A stretch of 40,359 nucleotides of DNA, from contig CAYVSA010000008.1 in assembly GCA_964454175.1 (NCBI GenBank), positions 1 through 40,359 on the forward strand. The letters run 5' to 3'. The position numbers and the translations under genes are program-made. Every line of letters begins with the position of its first letter. The first letter of the stretch is position 1. The DNA comes from an uncultured Pseudomonadota bacterium. GTDB lineage: Bacteria; BMS3Abin14. Positions 1-8,791 of the stretch are shown here, in pieces. The notes below the pieces were generated by a model. That model saw only the letters and a program-made list of their open reading frames with translations, did no database searches and was not told the DNA's origin.

Positions 1-1
1 C

Positions 2-547
2 CTCGCGGCGCCAGAAGGAGGCCGGCTGACAGAATCCTCCGCACTCCCAGTAAAGCAATTTGGATAAATTCTGATAGACCCCGGTATCGAAAGCTGGTTT
101 GCTGTTTTGTGTCACCAGCGGTCTTGCTGACTCATCGATAAGGACGCATCCTCCCACGACGCAGTCGACTTCACTGTGCCTGCCAAGGTAGGATCCCACT
201 TTCGCCAGAGCCCCCGGAAGCAGGATATCATCAGAGTTGAGCCATCCCAGCACATGACCGGTTGACCGCTCGAAACCCTCAAATATGGCATCAGCCTGGC
301 CCCTGTCTTTACCGGTTCTCCAGAAGTCCAGTTCACCTGCATACTTTTCAATGATGCTGACCGAATCGTCAGTGCTTCCACCGTCTAAAACCAGGTATTC
401 AACGTCTGGATACTCCTGGGATATTACGGACTGGATCGCAGCCTCAAGATATCGCCCCTGGTTAAAGGAAGGGGTGACAATGGTGATCCTGGGCAGGATG
501 TTCTTCTTTTCCACTGAGTCCGGTTCAACTGCAGACATCGTGCTCAT
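2..547 (-). CDS. Glycosyltransferase family 2 (partial, runs off the left edge; absent from the ORF track)
   Basis: Manual translation from ATG 547: MSTMSAVEPDSVEKKNILPRITIVTPSFNQGRYLEAAIQSVISQEYPDVEYLVLDGGSTDDS...GQADAI...GWLNSDD; classic GT2 motifs; overlaps the wecB stop. Confidence 0.9.
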   Translation of the reverse strand, partial: MSTMSAVEPDSVEKKNILPRITIVTPSFNQGRYLEAAIQSVISQEYPDVEYLVLDGGSTDDSVSIIEKYAGELDFWRTGKDRGQADAIFEGFERSTGHVLGWLNSDDILLPGALAKVGSYLGRHSEVDCVVGGCVLIDESARPLVTQNSKPAFDTGVYQNLSKLLYWECGGFCQPASFWRRE

Positions 548-1667
548 CCTGTCCCTTGTAATATGCCTCGATGTTCCTGGCGATCCTGCCGCCGGCACAA
601 CCATCCCCATAGGGATTTTCAACCCTCGCTATCCGCTGGTATCTTTTACTGTCGTCTAAAAGAGAGCAGGTCTCACCAAAGATCTTTTCTTCGTCGGTCC
701 CGACAAGGATAGCTACTCCTGCCTCGGAGGCTTCAGGCCTTTCCGTCACATCCCGCAGGACGAGAACGGGCACACCAAGGGACGGAGCTTCCTCCTGGAT
801 GCCTCCGGAATCAGTGAGTATGAGGTGGGCTTTACTCATGAGATGCACGAAGGGAAGATACTCCATCGGCTCTACGAGACTTACTCTGGCCACTCCTTCC
901 AGGAGCTTTCCAGCAGCACGCCGCACGTTGGGGTTTGGATGGAGGGGAATAACGATCTGGACGTCTTCCCTGGAAGCGATTCGCCTGATTGCCCGGAATA
1001 CGCCCTCCATGGCAGGACCGAAACTCTCCCTTCGATGGGTGGTGACCAGTATCAGTTTCCGGCTTTCCTTAACCTCTTGCCAGGGCGTAGTCCCAGGGAG
1101 GGGGATGTCAAGGGCTATTTGGAGAGCGTCTATAACGGTATTTCCCGTCACTGACACGGAACTTTCAGGCACACCCTCAGCCAAAAGAGCATCCGCTGCT
1201 CCACGTGTTGGCGCAAAATGCAGCGCCGCAAGACGCGTGGTGAGAATTCTGTTCGCTTCTTCGGGAAAGGGTGAATCCAGGCGGCCCGTGCGCAGTCCAG
1301 CCTCCACATGCCCGACAGGCACCCTGTTGTAGAAGGCTGCAAGGGAAGCAGCGAAGGTTGTTGTTGTGTCACCCTGAACCAGGACCATGTCAGGCCGGTT
1401 TTCTGAAAACAGATCGCCCAGTTCCGAAAGGGCCCTCCCCCCAATGCCCCACGGCGATTGTCCCTCTTCCATCAAGTCGAGATCAAAATCAGGTTCCAGA
1501 TTGAACACGCCGAGTACATGGTCGAGCATTTCGCGATGTTGAGCTGTGACACAGATAACAGGTGAAGTGCTCTCAGCTTCGGCCAGCGCCCTGTAGACCG
1601 GAGCCATTTTAATTGCCTCCGGCCTGGTACCGAAAACCAGCCAGACTTTTTTCTCCCCTTTACCCAT
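525..1667 (-). CDS. wecB: UDP-N-acetylglucosamine 2-epimerase (non-hydrolysing)
   Basis: GTRPEAIK, QGDT, HVEAGLR, HRRE, DSGGIQEEA motifs; start placed at ATG 1667 behind GAGG (ORF track starts at 1685 inside a repeat array). Confidence 0.95.
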   Translation of the reverse strand: MGKGEKKVWLVFGTRPEAIKMAPVYRALAEAESTSPVICVTAQHREMLDHVLGVFNLEPDFDLDLMEEGQSPWGIGGRALSELGDLFSENRPDMVLVQGDTTTTFAASLAAFYNRVPVGHVEAGLRTGRLDSPFPEEANRILTTRLAALHFAPTRGAADALLAEGVPESSVSVTGNTVIDALQIALDIPLPGTTPWQEVKESRKLILVTTHRRESFGPAMEGVFRAIRRIASREDVQIVIPLHPNPNVRRAAGKLLEGVARVSLVEPMEYLPFVHLMSKAHLILTDSGGIQEEAPSLGVPVLVLRDVTERPEASEAGVAILVGTDEEKIFGETCSLLDDSKRYQRIARVENPYGDGCAGGRIARNIEAYYKGQDEHDVCS

Positions 1668-1674
1668 TAAAACC

Positions 1675-1730
1675 TCAATGTCCAATCACCAATCACTAAG
1701 CACCAATTCCCATTTCCCAATTTCCAACTC
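1675..1730. repeat. Degenerate 7-nt tandem array (CCAATYA/C-like, 8 units)
   Basis: tcaatgt ccaatca ccaatca ctaagca ccaattc ccatttc ccaattt ccaactc fills the gap between the methyltransferase stop and the wecB RBS. Confidence 0.8.
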
Positions 1731-1733
1731 TAT

Positions 1734-2303
1734 TCATCCCCATATCGCATATTTGACCCACAAAATGACGAAAGCCGCCAGTAGTGCCGGCAGGTTCCTG
1801 ATCTCTCTGTGCTTGACCACCAGACCCCAGCTGAAATAGCCGGGCATATAGTCGGCAAGGGCTGACAGGGAAAAAAAACGCGGGACGGCAGCGTGATAAT
1901 CCGACCATTCTTCAGGAAATTTCATCTCAAGAAACTTTTCCTCATATTTTATCGTGTAGTAGTAAAGCAATGAGAAAAACCCGAGGAAGAACGGAACGAT
2001 CCAGAAATTGCCGGCAGCCGCGACAAATCCCCAGCCGATAACAAAATTGCCAACGTAAAGGGGATTTCTGGAAAGGCTGTATGGTCCCTCTCTACTGATC
2101 CGGTCATTTTTTACAATATGGCCGGAGGACCACACCCTCAAGGCCTCACCAAGACAGATCACCAGAGCGCCCCATTTGAGGGATGCAGGCGAAGGAGTCG
2201 CGAACAGGAGAAAAAGTACCGATGCCAGGGCAGACACTGCTGTCCTGTACTTGCTGGCCAGGGTCGGGATAGTAGGCAGCGGTTCACTGACGGGCCTGCT
2301 CAC
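1734..2303 (-). CDS. Isoprenylcysteine carboxylmethyltransferase (ICMT/PEMT) family membrane methyltransferase; possible lipid A phosphate methyltransferase
   Basis: Multiple hydrophobic helices, GPYSLSRNPLYVG and IKYEEKFL motifs; GTGA overlap with waaC. Confidence 0.8.
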   Translation of the reverse strand: MSRPVSEPLPTIPTLASKYRTAVSALASVLFLLFATPSPASLKWGALVICLGEALRVWSSGHIVKNDRISREGPYSLSRNPLYVGNFVIGWGFVAAAGNFWIVPFFLGFFSLLYYYTIKYEEKFLEMKFPEEWSDYHAAVPRFFSLSALADYMPGYFSWGLVVKHREIRNLPALLAAFVILWVKYAIWG

Positions 2304-3325
2304 CTCATCACCTCATGGGCAGCCGCAGTTATCATTTCCGGACTCAGGTTCGCCATGCAGACGATATTATCACACTCCCTTGCAAAGCACGGGCTGCAAT
2401 CCTCCTGTGACTGCACCCACCTGTGAGCCGGGCCTTCGGGCCCGCTGCGGGCCCCCAGGCTGGCACCGTAAAAAGACACCGTGGGTGTCCCCAACTGGGC
2501 AGAAAGGTGGATCAGACCCGTGTCGCCGCCAATGACAACCCTTGCCTCTTTGAAAAGTCCAGCAAGCACCAATATATCCTGCCTGTACAGAATGCTGCCC
2601 CTCCCAACCCCGGAGATTATTTTCTGTGCCCTCTTTTTTTCATTCTCACTTCCCGCAAGCGCGATGACCGGACCTGCGGCAGCCAGATCCTGTGCAACTC
2701 GGCTGAAGGACTCTGCGGGCAGCACCTTTGTCGGCCATCCCGCTCCCACTACCAGAAGGATCGGGCTCTGAGCACCGAGACCTTTCAATATCCCCCCGGC
2801 TGTCTCCACGGCTCTATCGGGAACGGTAAGTTCCGGGTCTGCCGTCTCGTCAGGAACGTCCATGGTCTGCGACACCAGGGACATTATCTGTTTTGCTACA
2901 GGGAGGCGTCCGTCAACCTTGACTTTTTCCTTGTAGAAGCAGGCGCTGGCCGGCTCCCGGCACAGGTCCCTGGAAAATCCGGCAACGCGGTCCGCGCCGG
3001 ACAGCTTTGCAACTGCCGCGCTCTTAACCAACCCCTGCAGGTCCAGGGCGATATCGTATCTGGTCCGTCTGATGTCCCCGAGCTGGCGTCTTGCCTCCCG
3101 TCCTGTTTTAAGAAGTTTTATTTCCCTCAGATATCTCCCCCACCCCTTCGGATCTATGACATGCAGGCGCGACAAGCCTCCAAAAAGCTCCATCACATCC
3201 GAGTAGCGGCTGTCCACAACCCAACCCACATCCAGATCCGGCCTGGAGTTCATGAGGCTTCTCACCGCGGGCATGGCGTGGAGGATGTCGCCAAGGGCCG
3301 AGACCTTGACTATAAGTACCCTCAT
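2300..3325 (-). CDS. waaC: LPS heptosyltransferase I (GT9)
   Basis: VLIVKVSALGDILH, DLQGLVKSA, GDTGLIHLSA motifs; 4-nt overlap with waaF. Confidence 0.85.
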   Translation of the reverse strand: MRVLIVKVSALGDILHAMPAVRSLMNSRPDLDVGWVVDSRYSDVMELFGGLSRLHVIDPKGWGRYLREIKLLKTGREARRQLGDIRRTRYDIALDLQGLVKSAAVAKLSGADRVAGFSRDLCREPASACFYKEKVKVDGRLPVAKQIMSLVSQTMDVPDETADPELTVPDRAVETAGGILKGLGAQSPILLVVGAGWPTKVLPAESFSRVAQDLAAAGPVIALAGSENEKKRAQKIISGVGRGSILYRQDILVLAGLFKEARVVIGGDTGLIHLSAQLGTPTVSFYGASLGARSGPEGPAHRWVQSQEDCSPCFARECDNIVCMANLSPEMITAAAHEVMR

Positions 3326-4353
3326 GCTGGATCCTCAAGGGTCTTAACACAAGCTTCCAGAACCGTATCCACACCCAGATCCTGGAAACACTCAAGGTCT
3401 GTGGGGCACTCTCTCAAAAAGCACGGCGCACAGTGTGCGCTGCCGGTGAGGACTTTTGCGGACTGTGAAACAGGGCCAGTGGCCACGGGATCGGTTGAAC
3501 CGAACAGGGCCACCAGTCTGGCCCCAACTGCAGCCGCCAGATGCATGAGGCCCGAGTCGTTGCAGATGACAAGACGGGAGCGTGACAAAATGCACGCCAC
3601 TTCCATAAGGGTAGTCTTTCCTGAAAGGTCCACTGCGCCCTTCCCGATATCACTTGCGACCAGACCACAGACCGGGGATTCGGCCGAACTGCCGACTACG
3701 GCGATATCGTGCCCCATGCCCGCGAGTCTCTTCCCAAGTTCCGCATATTTTTCTGATGGCCACATTTTCGCCGGGCCGAAGCTGGCCCCGGGCGCAACTA
3801 CTACCAGACCCTCCAGAGTTTTGCGGCACGGTCCCGGATCGAGATGAGGAACCATACTCACAGCAGCAGTAAATCCGAGTTCGCGGGCTAACTCGGTGTA
3901 GTATCCTACCTGATGACCAGGACCGCCTTTCCTGCGAGGTCTGGGGACCGGGTGGGTGAGCAGGACTCCCCTCATGTCGGTATCGTAACCTCCTCGAAGC
4001 AAAACCCCTGCTGCCCTGGCTATAAATGCAGCTTCGATCGCATTCTGAAACAGTACCGCACAGTCAAAACCTTCTTTCTTCAGGTCTCTCGCAAGGGCAA
4101 ATCGACCACGCAGCCCTGAGTGCCTGCCCGGGTCCAGAAATGGGACAACATGGTCTGCAGAATGCGAGAGCTGCACTATGTCAGCGACCCAGGGTTTGGC
4201 AAGGACCGATATACTGCTCCCCGGTGCCGATCGCTTCAGTTTTTCAAGCCCGGGAAGAGCCATGACAGCATCTCCTATCCAGTTCGGGAACCGGACGAGG
4301 ATCCTGGGTGACTTTGTGCCCGCCGTGAGGGCCTGAAGCAAATTTCGATTCAA
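3322..4353 (-). CDS. waaF: LPS heptosyltransferase II (GT9)
   Basis: PNWIGDAVM, PGASFGPAKMW, NDSGLMHLAAA motifs; likely TTG start at 4353 overlapping the waaA TGA (ORF track extends to 4455). Confidence 0.88.
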   Translation of the reverse strand: MNRNLLQALTAGTKSPRILVRFPNWIGDAVMALPGLEKLKRSAPGSSISVLAKPWVADIVQLSHSADHVVPFLDPGRHSGLRGRFALARDLKKEGFDCAVLFQNAIEAAFIARAAGVLLRGGYDTDMRGVLLTHPVPRPRRKGGPGHQVGYYTELARELGFTAAVSMVPHLDPGPCRKTLEGLVVVAPGASFGPAKMWPSEKYAELGKRLAGMGHDIAVVGSSAESPVCGLVASDIGKGAVDLSGKTTLMEVACILSRSRLVICNDSGLMHLAAAVGARLVALFGSTDPVATGPVSQSAKVLTGSAHCAPCFLRECPTDLECFQDLGVDTVLEACVKTLEDPA

Positions 4354-5630
4354 CACCCGGTACCCATGAGAGAGAGTATCTTCGAGGCGTTCCTTTCGGA
4401 GGCCCCTTCCCGGCCTTCCCTGGCCGCTTTTGCGGCCGCACCCAGGCTTTGACAATATTCCTTGTCATTGATCAGCCTTGTGATGCTTGATTTAAGCTGC
4501 TCGGCATCTTGTACCACGATGCAGCCTCCGGCCTCCACCATCTCCCTTGACATGTCACGGAAATTTTCCATGTAAGGCCCTGTCAAAACTGGAACACCGA
4601 AAGCCGCTGGCTCCAGAATGTTGTGCCCGCCGACAGGAACGAGACTACCTCCTACAAAAGCAGCTCCTGAGATCGAGTAAAATCCTTCCAGAACCCCCAT
4701 GGCATCAACAAGTATCACATCCCCTTCGATGGGATCACCAGCGACAACCCTGGTGAAGCGTGTATAGGCCAGTTTCCGTTCTTCCAGAAGAGCTGCCACA
4801 TCATTAAAACGTTCAGGGTGGCGGGGGGCAAGAGCAAGGATCAGACCAACACCGGACCCGCCAGGGGCCAGCATATCCAGCATCAGTTCCTCCTCACCGC
4901 TATGAGTACTCCCGCCGGTGAGGAGGAGGCGGTCTCCCACCCAGGATCTCACGGCATCAGGAAGCGCTTGAGGCAGGGGCTTTCGGTCATACTTCGTATT
5001 GCCCGTACAGATCACCCTTTCTGCCGGTGCCCCCATAGCAGTGATCCTGTCCGCGTCCTCGAGGCTCTGCATGAGAAAACAGTCGATATTTTTCAGGATA
5101 GGGGCAAAGAACCAGCTGAATCTTCTGTATCTTGCATAGGACCGGTCCGATATGCGCCCGTTAACTACTACAACGGGGATCCCCATTCTGAAGCACGAGT
5201 TCAGAAAATTAGGCCATATCTCTGTTTCTGCGGTCACGAACACTGCTGGACGAACCCGCTTGAGTGCTTTCGAAGCCGCAAATGCCAGGTCCAGTGGAAA
5301 ATAGAACACTTCGTCTGCTGCCGGGCACTCCCTGACTGCTGTCGCCTGTCCCGTGGCCGTGACGGTAGATAAAAATACACCGGCCCTGATCCCGGGCCGT
5401 TTTGAAAGGAACCCTATCATGGGCGCCACTGCCCGCACCTCACCCACGGAAACGGCATGTATCCAGATGGGACCGTCACCACTTTTCGGCGCCTTTCCCA
5501 GTCTCTGGGCCAGTCCGATCCGGCGACGGGGTACAAAGATGAGTTGGAACACCGTCCACGGTAAGGTAGCGACGGCAAACACCGTCATTATCAGGTTATA
5601 GATATATATGCGCAGGGGAAGCGAGGCCAA
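4350..5630 (-). CDS. waaA: Kdo transferase
   Basis: WIHAVSVGEV, ETEIWPN, NGRISDRS, APRHPERF, GGHNILEPA motifs. Confidence 0.95.
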   Translation of the reverse strand: MASLPLRIYIYNLIMTVFAVATLPWTVFQLIFVPRRRIGLAQRLGKAPKSGDGPIWIHAVSVGEVRAVAPMIGFLSKRPGIRAGVFLSTVTATGQATAVRECPAADEVFYFPLDLAFAASKALKRVRPAVFVTAETEIWPNFLNSCFRMGIPVVVVNGRISDRSYARYRRFSWFFAPILKNIDCFLMQSLEDADRITAMGAPAERVICTGNTKYDRKPLPQALPDAVRSWVGDRLLLTGGSTHSGEEELMLDMLAPGGSGVGLILALAPRHPERFNDVAALLEERKLAYTRFTRVVAGDPIEGDVILVDAMGVLEGFYSISGAAFVGGSLVPVGGHNILEPAAFGVPVLTGPYMENFRDMSREMVEAGGCIVVQDAEQLKSSITRLINDKEYCQSLGAAAKAAREGREGASERNASKILSLMGTGC

Positions 5631-7157
5631 TTACAGCCCCCCCGGGACGTCGCTTCCGTCTTCTTCATCAAGGGAACCGTAGGCTGCAAGCTCAGCCGCG
5701 ATGGAACCGACTTTAACTTTGCTCTTCATGAGGACCGGCATTTTCCTGTCGTCGTCGGTTACCCACACAAACAGTTCACCCTTCCTCCTGAAGATGCCTT
5801 CGTACTTGAGGAGCGGATGGATCTTTATGGTCTTGAACGTACCTGCCCTCACCGTGATCTCCTCTTTTGCCAGAACATCAACAACGAGCTCCCAGTTTTT
5901 CTTCCCCTCGAATACTTTAAAACTCAAACTCTCTCCAATTTTGAGATCCTGGTCCCTGATAGCGTAAAAAGAGGACAGGGAGTCGTGGACCATCGAGGGG
6001 GTCTGAAAGACCATGCTGGAAGTGTTTCCCTTTTCCCTTACAAGCCGGGTGACAAGATTTCTTCCCTGGTCGAAAATGAGGACCCGTTCCTTCCTTTTCC
6101 CACCCTCCCTGGAGTTGACAACATATTTTTCGGTCAATCCGCTAGCTGGATCAATGTAGGTCTCCACACGGTTTCTAACCTTATAGAAAATGTCAACGAC
6201 AGACCTTGACCTTGCTGTAGAAACCACCTTATACAGCTTCGCACCGCTGCCGGATCTGTAACTGCTCACGCTCATCACCGAATCGCCAGCGGGTATCCCG
6301 GCCCACTTGAGAACGAAAGTCAGCTGCTCTCCCGGCCTGAACGCCGTAACGGGCAGGGCTTCGGCAGACATGGTCCGTGTTATATTACCAGCAGCAGACG
6401 GGGCAATTCCACTAACAGGTGCCTCGTCGGTATCCTGTTTTGCACCGGGTACCGACTTTTCGGGAGGCTTTGCCCCTGGGTCTCCCACCTGCTCTGACAC
6501 CAGTTCTGTTTGCTCTGACACCAGTTCTGTTTCAGCCTGCTCTACGGGAGATGCAGGCTCCTTTCTGATCTCACCTGACCCGGATCCAGTTCTGCCGCCT
6601 GGTTCAACATCGATCGCATCCAAAACAGTCGATTTTTCCGGTACGGGTTCCACTGCAGCATTTTCCTCGCGAACGGGTTCTACTGGTATCGGTATTTCCG
6701 GCCCATTTTCAACAGGGCTTTTGACTGCATCCGGCCCTTGCTTGAAGAAATCTACAACAATGTCATTTCCAGAGCTTTCGGCGCGAAAAGAAGATGACTC
6801 ATCAATGCATATCTCCAGCCGGCCGATACGGTAGCTCTCCTCGTTAAACTGCACCGGCCTGACTACAGTCACGCCGCCGAGGAAGATATCCAGCTCACTG
6901 TCCAGACCGGAGACGTCGGCGTCGGCAATGTCCATGATCAGCCTGGAAGGTGCGGACATTCTGAATACGCTAAAAGAAAGGGGTGAATCCCCCTTTATGG
7001 TAAGGCGTGCCCCACCTTCCTGTTTCGAAGCGTCCACAGCTGTGATCCTCGTCGGGGCATCAGGGGCAGACTCCTGGGTCGACTGCAGGTCGGGTCCCGC
7101 GCACCCGGCGACCAGGGCAGCTAAAATGACCACTATCAGCGTTCGGAAGAACCGCAA
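5631..7157 (-). CDS. Lipoprotein with N-terminal AMIN-like domain, acidic/Pro-rich linker and C-terminal DUF3108-like domain
   Basis: Lipobox LVAGC; PSRLIMDI AMIN-like motif; C-terminal F..GEQLTF...W.GIPAG...V.AGTFKT...WVTDD.RKMPV pattern recognised as DUF3108-like. Confidence 0.7.
   Translation of the reverse strand: MRFFRTLIVVILAALVAGCAGPDLQSTQESAPDAPTRITAVDASKQEGGARLTIKGDSPLSFSVFRMSAPSRLIMDIADADVSGLDSELDIFLGGVTVVRPVQFNEESYRIGRLEICIDESSSFRAESSGNDIVVDFFKQGPDAVKSPVENGPEIPIPVEPVREENAAVEPVPEKSTVLDAIDVEPGGRTGSGSGEIRKEPASPVEQAETELVSEQTELVSEQVGDPGAKPPEKSVPGAKQDTDEAPVSGIAPSAAGNITRTMSAEALPVTAFRPGEQLTFVLKWAGIPAGDSVMSVSSYRSGSGAKLYKVVSTARSRSVVDIFYKVRNRVETYIDPASGLTEKYVVNSREGGKRKERVLIFDQGRNLVTRLVREKGNTSSMVFQTPSMVHDSLSSFYAIRDQDLKIGESLSFKVFEGKKNWELVVDVLAKEEITVRAGTFKTIKIHPLLKYEGIFRRKGELFVWVTDDDRKMPVLMKSKVKVGSIAAELAAYGSLDEEDGSDVPGGL
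6490..6531. repeat. Exact 21-bp tandem duplication encoding TELVSEQ twice
   Basis: tgctctgacaccagttctgtt at 6490-6510 and 6511-6531, in the linker region. Confidence 0.95.
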
Positions 7158-7162
7158 AGGAC

Positions 7163-7765
7163 TCAGACACCACCCTCCAGTATTATTTCAGCTGCTTCGG
7201 CCAGATCGGCTGCAACTGTCGTCCCCGGGGGGACGTCACCCTTGTCATCCTTGCCCGTCATCACCAGGATCGGATTCAATCCGGAATTCAGGCCCATGCT
7301 GACATCCATGGCAGTGTCGCCCACCACCCAGGATGAGTCGAGGTCGACTCCCAGGTCATATTCTGACCTTCTGACCATATCCACCGCAGGCTTCCTGCAG
7401 GAGCACTCTGCGTCGGGCATGTGGGGACAGAAATATACACCGGCGACCTCTGCATCAACTCCCCGCAGCTGCCTGACCAGCTCAACATTTACCGCCGCGG
7501 CAGCCCCCAGGGTAAAATAACCCCTCGCGATCCCGGACTGGTTTGTGACGATGATCAAAAGATAACCTGCGGTGCAGAGTCTTGCCAGGGCTTTACCTGC
7601 CCCCGGGTACAGCCTGACCCCCTGAGGGTCACCGAGGTAACCCAGTTCGTCAATGATGGTACCGTCGCGGTCTAGAAAAACGCATGGGCGTTTTTCGCGT
7701 CCAACGTCCAACGTCCAACGTCCAATGTCAGGTTGTGATGTATATATTTTGCTTTCAGTCATCAC
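7163..7765 (-). CDS. gmhB: D-glycero-D-manno-heptose 1,7-bisphosphate phosphatase (HAD IIIA)
   Basis: FLDRDGT, TNQSGIARG, CPH...CSCRKP, VGD motifs; start GTG/ATG at 7765/7762 behind AAGGA, although a downstream TTG inside the repeat is possible. Confidence 0.92.
   Translation of the reverse strand: MMTESKIYTSQPDIGRWTLDVGREKRPCVFLDRDGTIIDELGYLGDPQGVRLYPGAGKALARLCTAGYLLIIVTNQSGIARGYFTLGAAAAVNVELVRQLRGVDAEVAGVYFCPHMPDAECSCRKPAVDMVRRSEYDLGVDLDSSWVVGDTAMDVSMGLNSGLNPILVMTGKDDKGDVPPGTTVAADLAEAAEIILEGGV
7698..7729. repeat. 7-nt tandem array (CGTCCAA)x4; left arm of a 32-bp inverted repeat
   Basis: cgtccaacgtccaacgtccaacgtccaatgtc. Confidence 0.95.
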
Positions 7766-7843
7766 ACATCCTTCATCACCATTCTGATCTGTTATCCAAT
7801 ACCGAGTCTCTCAATAACACTAAACTATCTGAACACATATTTA

Positions 7844-8788
7844 CTAACGTTGGACTTTGGACGTTGGACCCTGGACGAGGTCATCACTATCATCAACAGG
7901 TCTCGTCTTCCACCTCTCGTGTAGCCACATCCACTGTTCGGGATGGGCCCTGACGACGTTTTCGGTCCACTGTGTATATGCCAGCGTCCTTTTGTAAACG
8001 TCCTTTTCCCTTTCGCCGGCTATTTCCGGGGCGGGCATGGGCCGGCCCACCACAACCCTGTGACCGCCTTCCTGCCTGTAAGTGAAGACCGGCACCACAG
8101 GAGCGCCGGTTCGGATGGCAATAACCGCCAGGCTATCGAGTGTACAGGCCAGCCTCCCGAAAAAGGGGACGAATATACCGTCTTCCGGCAGAGCATTCTG
8201 GTCCAGGACAAAACCGACCAGACCACCCGACTTCAGCTGTCTCATTATTCCTCTCATGATCCCCGACCCATAAAGGACCGAGACACCCACGCTCTGGCGG
8301 CAGTTTGTCAGCATCCTGTTTGCTGATTCGGTCCTGGCCGCCTTGGCAACTATTGACATCTCATAGCCCAGAGATATGAGTGCCGCCGGCATAAATTCCC
8401 ACAATCCCATGTGAAGCGTCAGGATAAGGGCGCCCCTGCCCTCAGCAAGGGCCGAATCCAGGTTCTCGATGCCCGTGACTTCCGTCATATCATTGATCTT
8501 CGTGTCCGTTAGGGACGGAAATGTGAAAAACTCGGTCAGCCCCATACCGAAACTTGTGAAAGACCCCCTGGCATACCGGACTTTCTCTTCAGGTGATATC
8601 TCGTTACCAAATGATCTGTTCAGGTTTTCCAGCGCGATGCGCCGCCTGTTCCCCGACAGAAGGTAACCGGCAAGCCCGATCATCCTGCCCATGACGAGAT
8701 TTGCCTTCCTCGGAAGAATTCTGCAGAAAGCACCGAAAACCTGAAGAATAAAGGCCGAGGCATTATTTACAAACCAGTTCTCGTACAT
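7844..8788 (-). CDS. lpxL: Lipid A late acyltransferase (LpxL/HtrB family)
   Basis: HMGLWE (HxxxxE), DQN, VPFFGR, PEQWMWLHERWKT motifs. Confidence 0.88.
   Translation of the reverse strand: MYENWFVNNASAFILQVFGAFCRILPRKANLVMGRMIGLAGYLLSGNRRRIALENLNRSFGNEISPEEKVRYARGSFTSFGMGLTEFFTFPSLTDTKINDMTEVTGIENLDSALAEGRGALILTLHMGLWEFMPAALISLGYEMSIVAKAARTESANRMLTNCRQSVGVSVLYGSGIMRGIMRQLKSGGLVGFVLDQNALPEDGIFVPFFGRLACTLDSLAVIAIRTGAPVVPVFTYRQEGGHRVVVGRPMPAPEIAGEREKDVYKRTLAYTQWTENVVRAHPEQWMWLHERWKTRPVDDSDDLVQGPTSKVQR
7846..7877. repeat. 7-nt tandem array (TTGGACN)x4; right arm of the 32-bp inverted repeat
   Basis: aacgttggactttggacgttggaccctggacg; its reverse complement matches 7698-7729 at 27/32 positions. 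Confidence 0.9.
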
Positions 8789-8791
8789 GCA

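Noticed and set aside
2423-3847. 474-aa plus-strand ORF
   Set aside because: Antisense shadow of waaC/waaF with no recognisable motifs; long shadows are expected in GC-rich coding DNA
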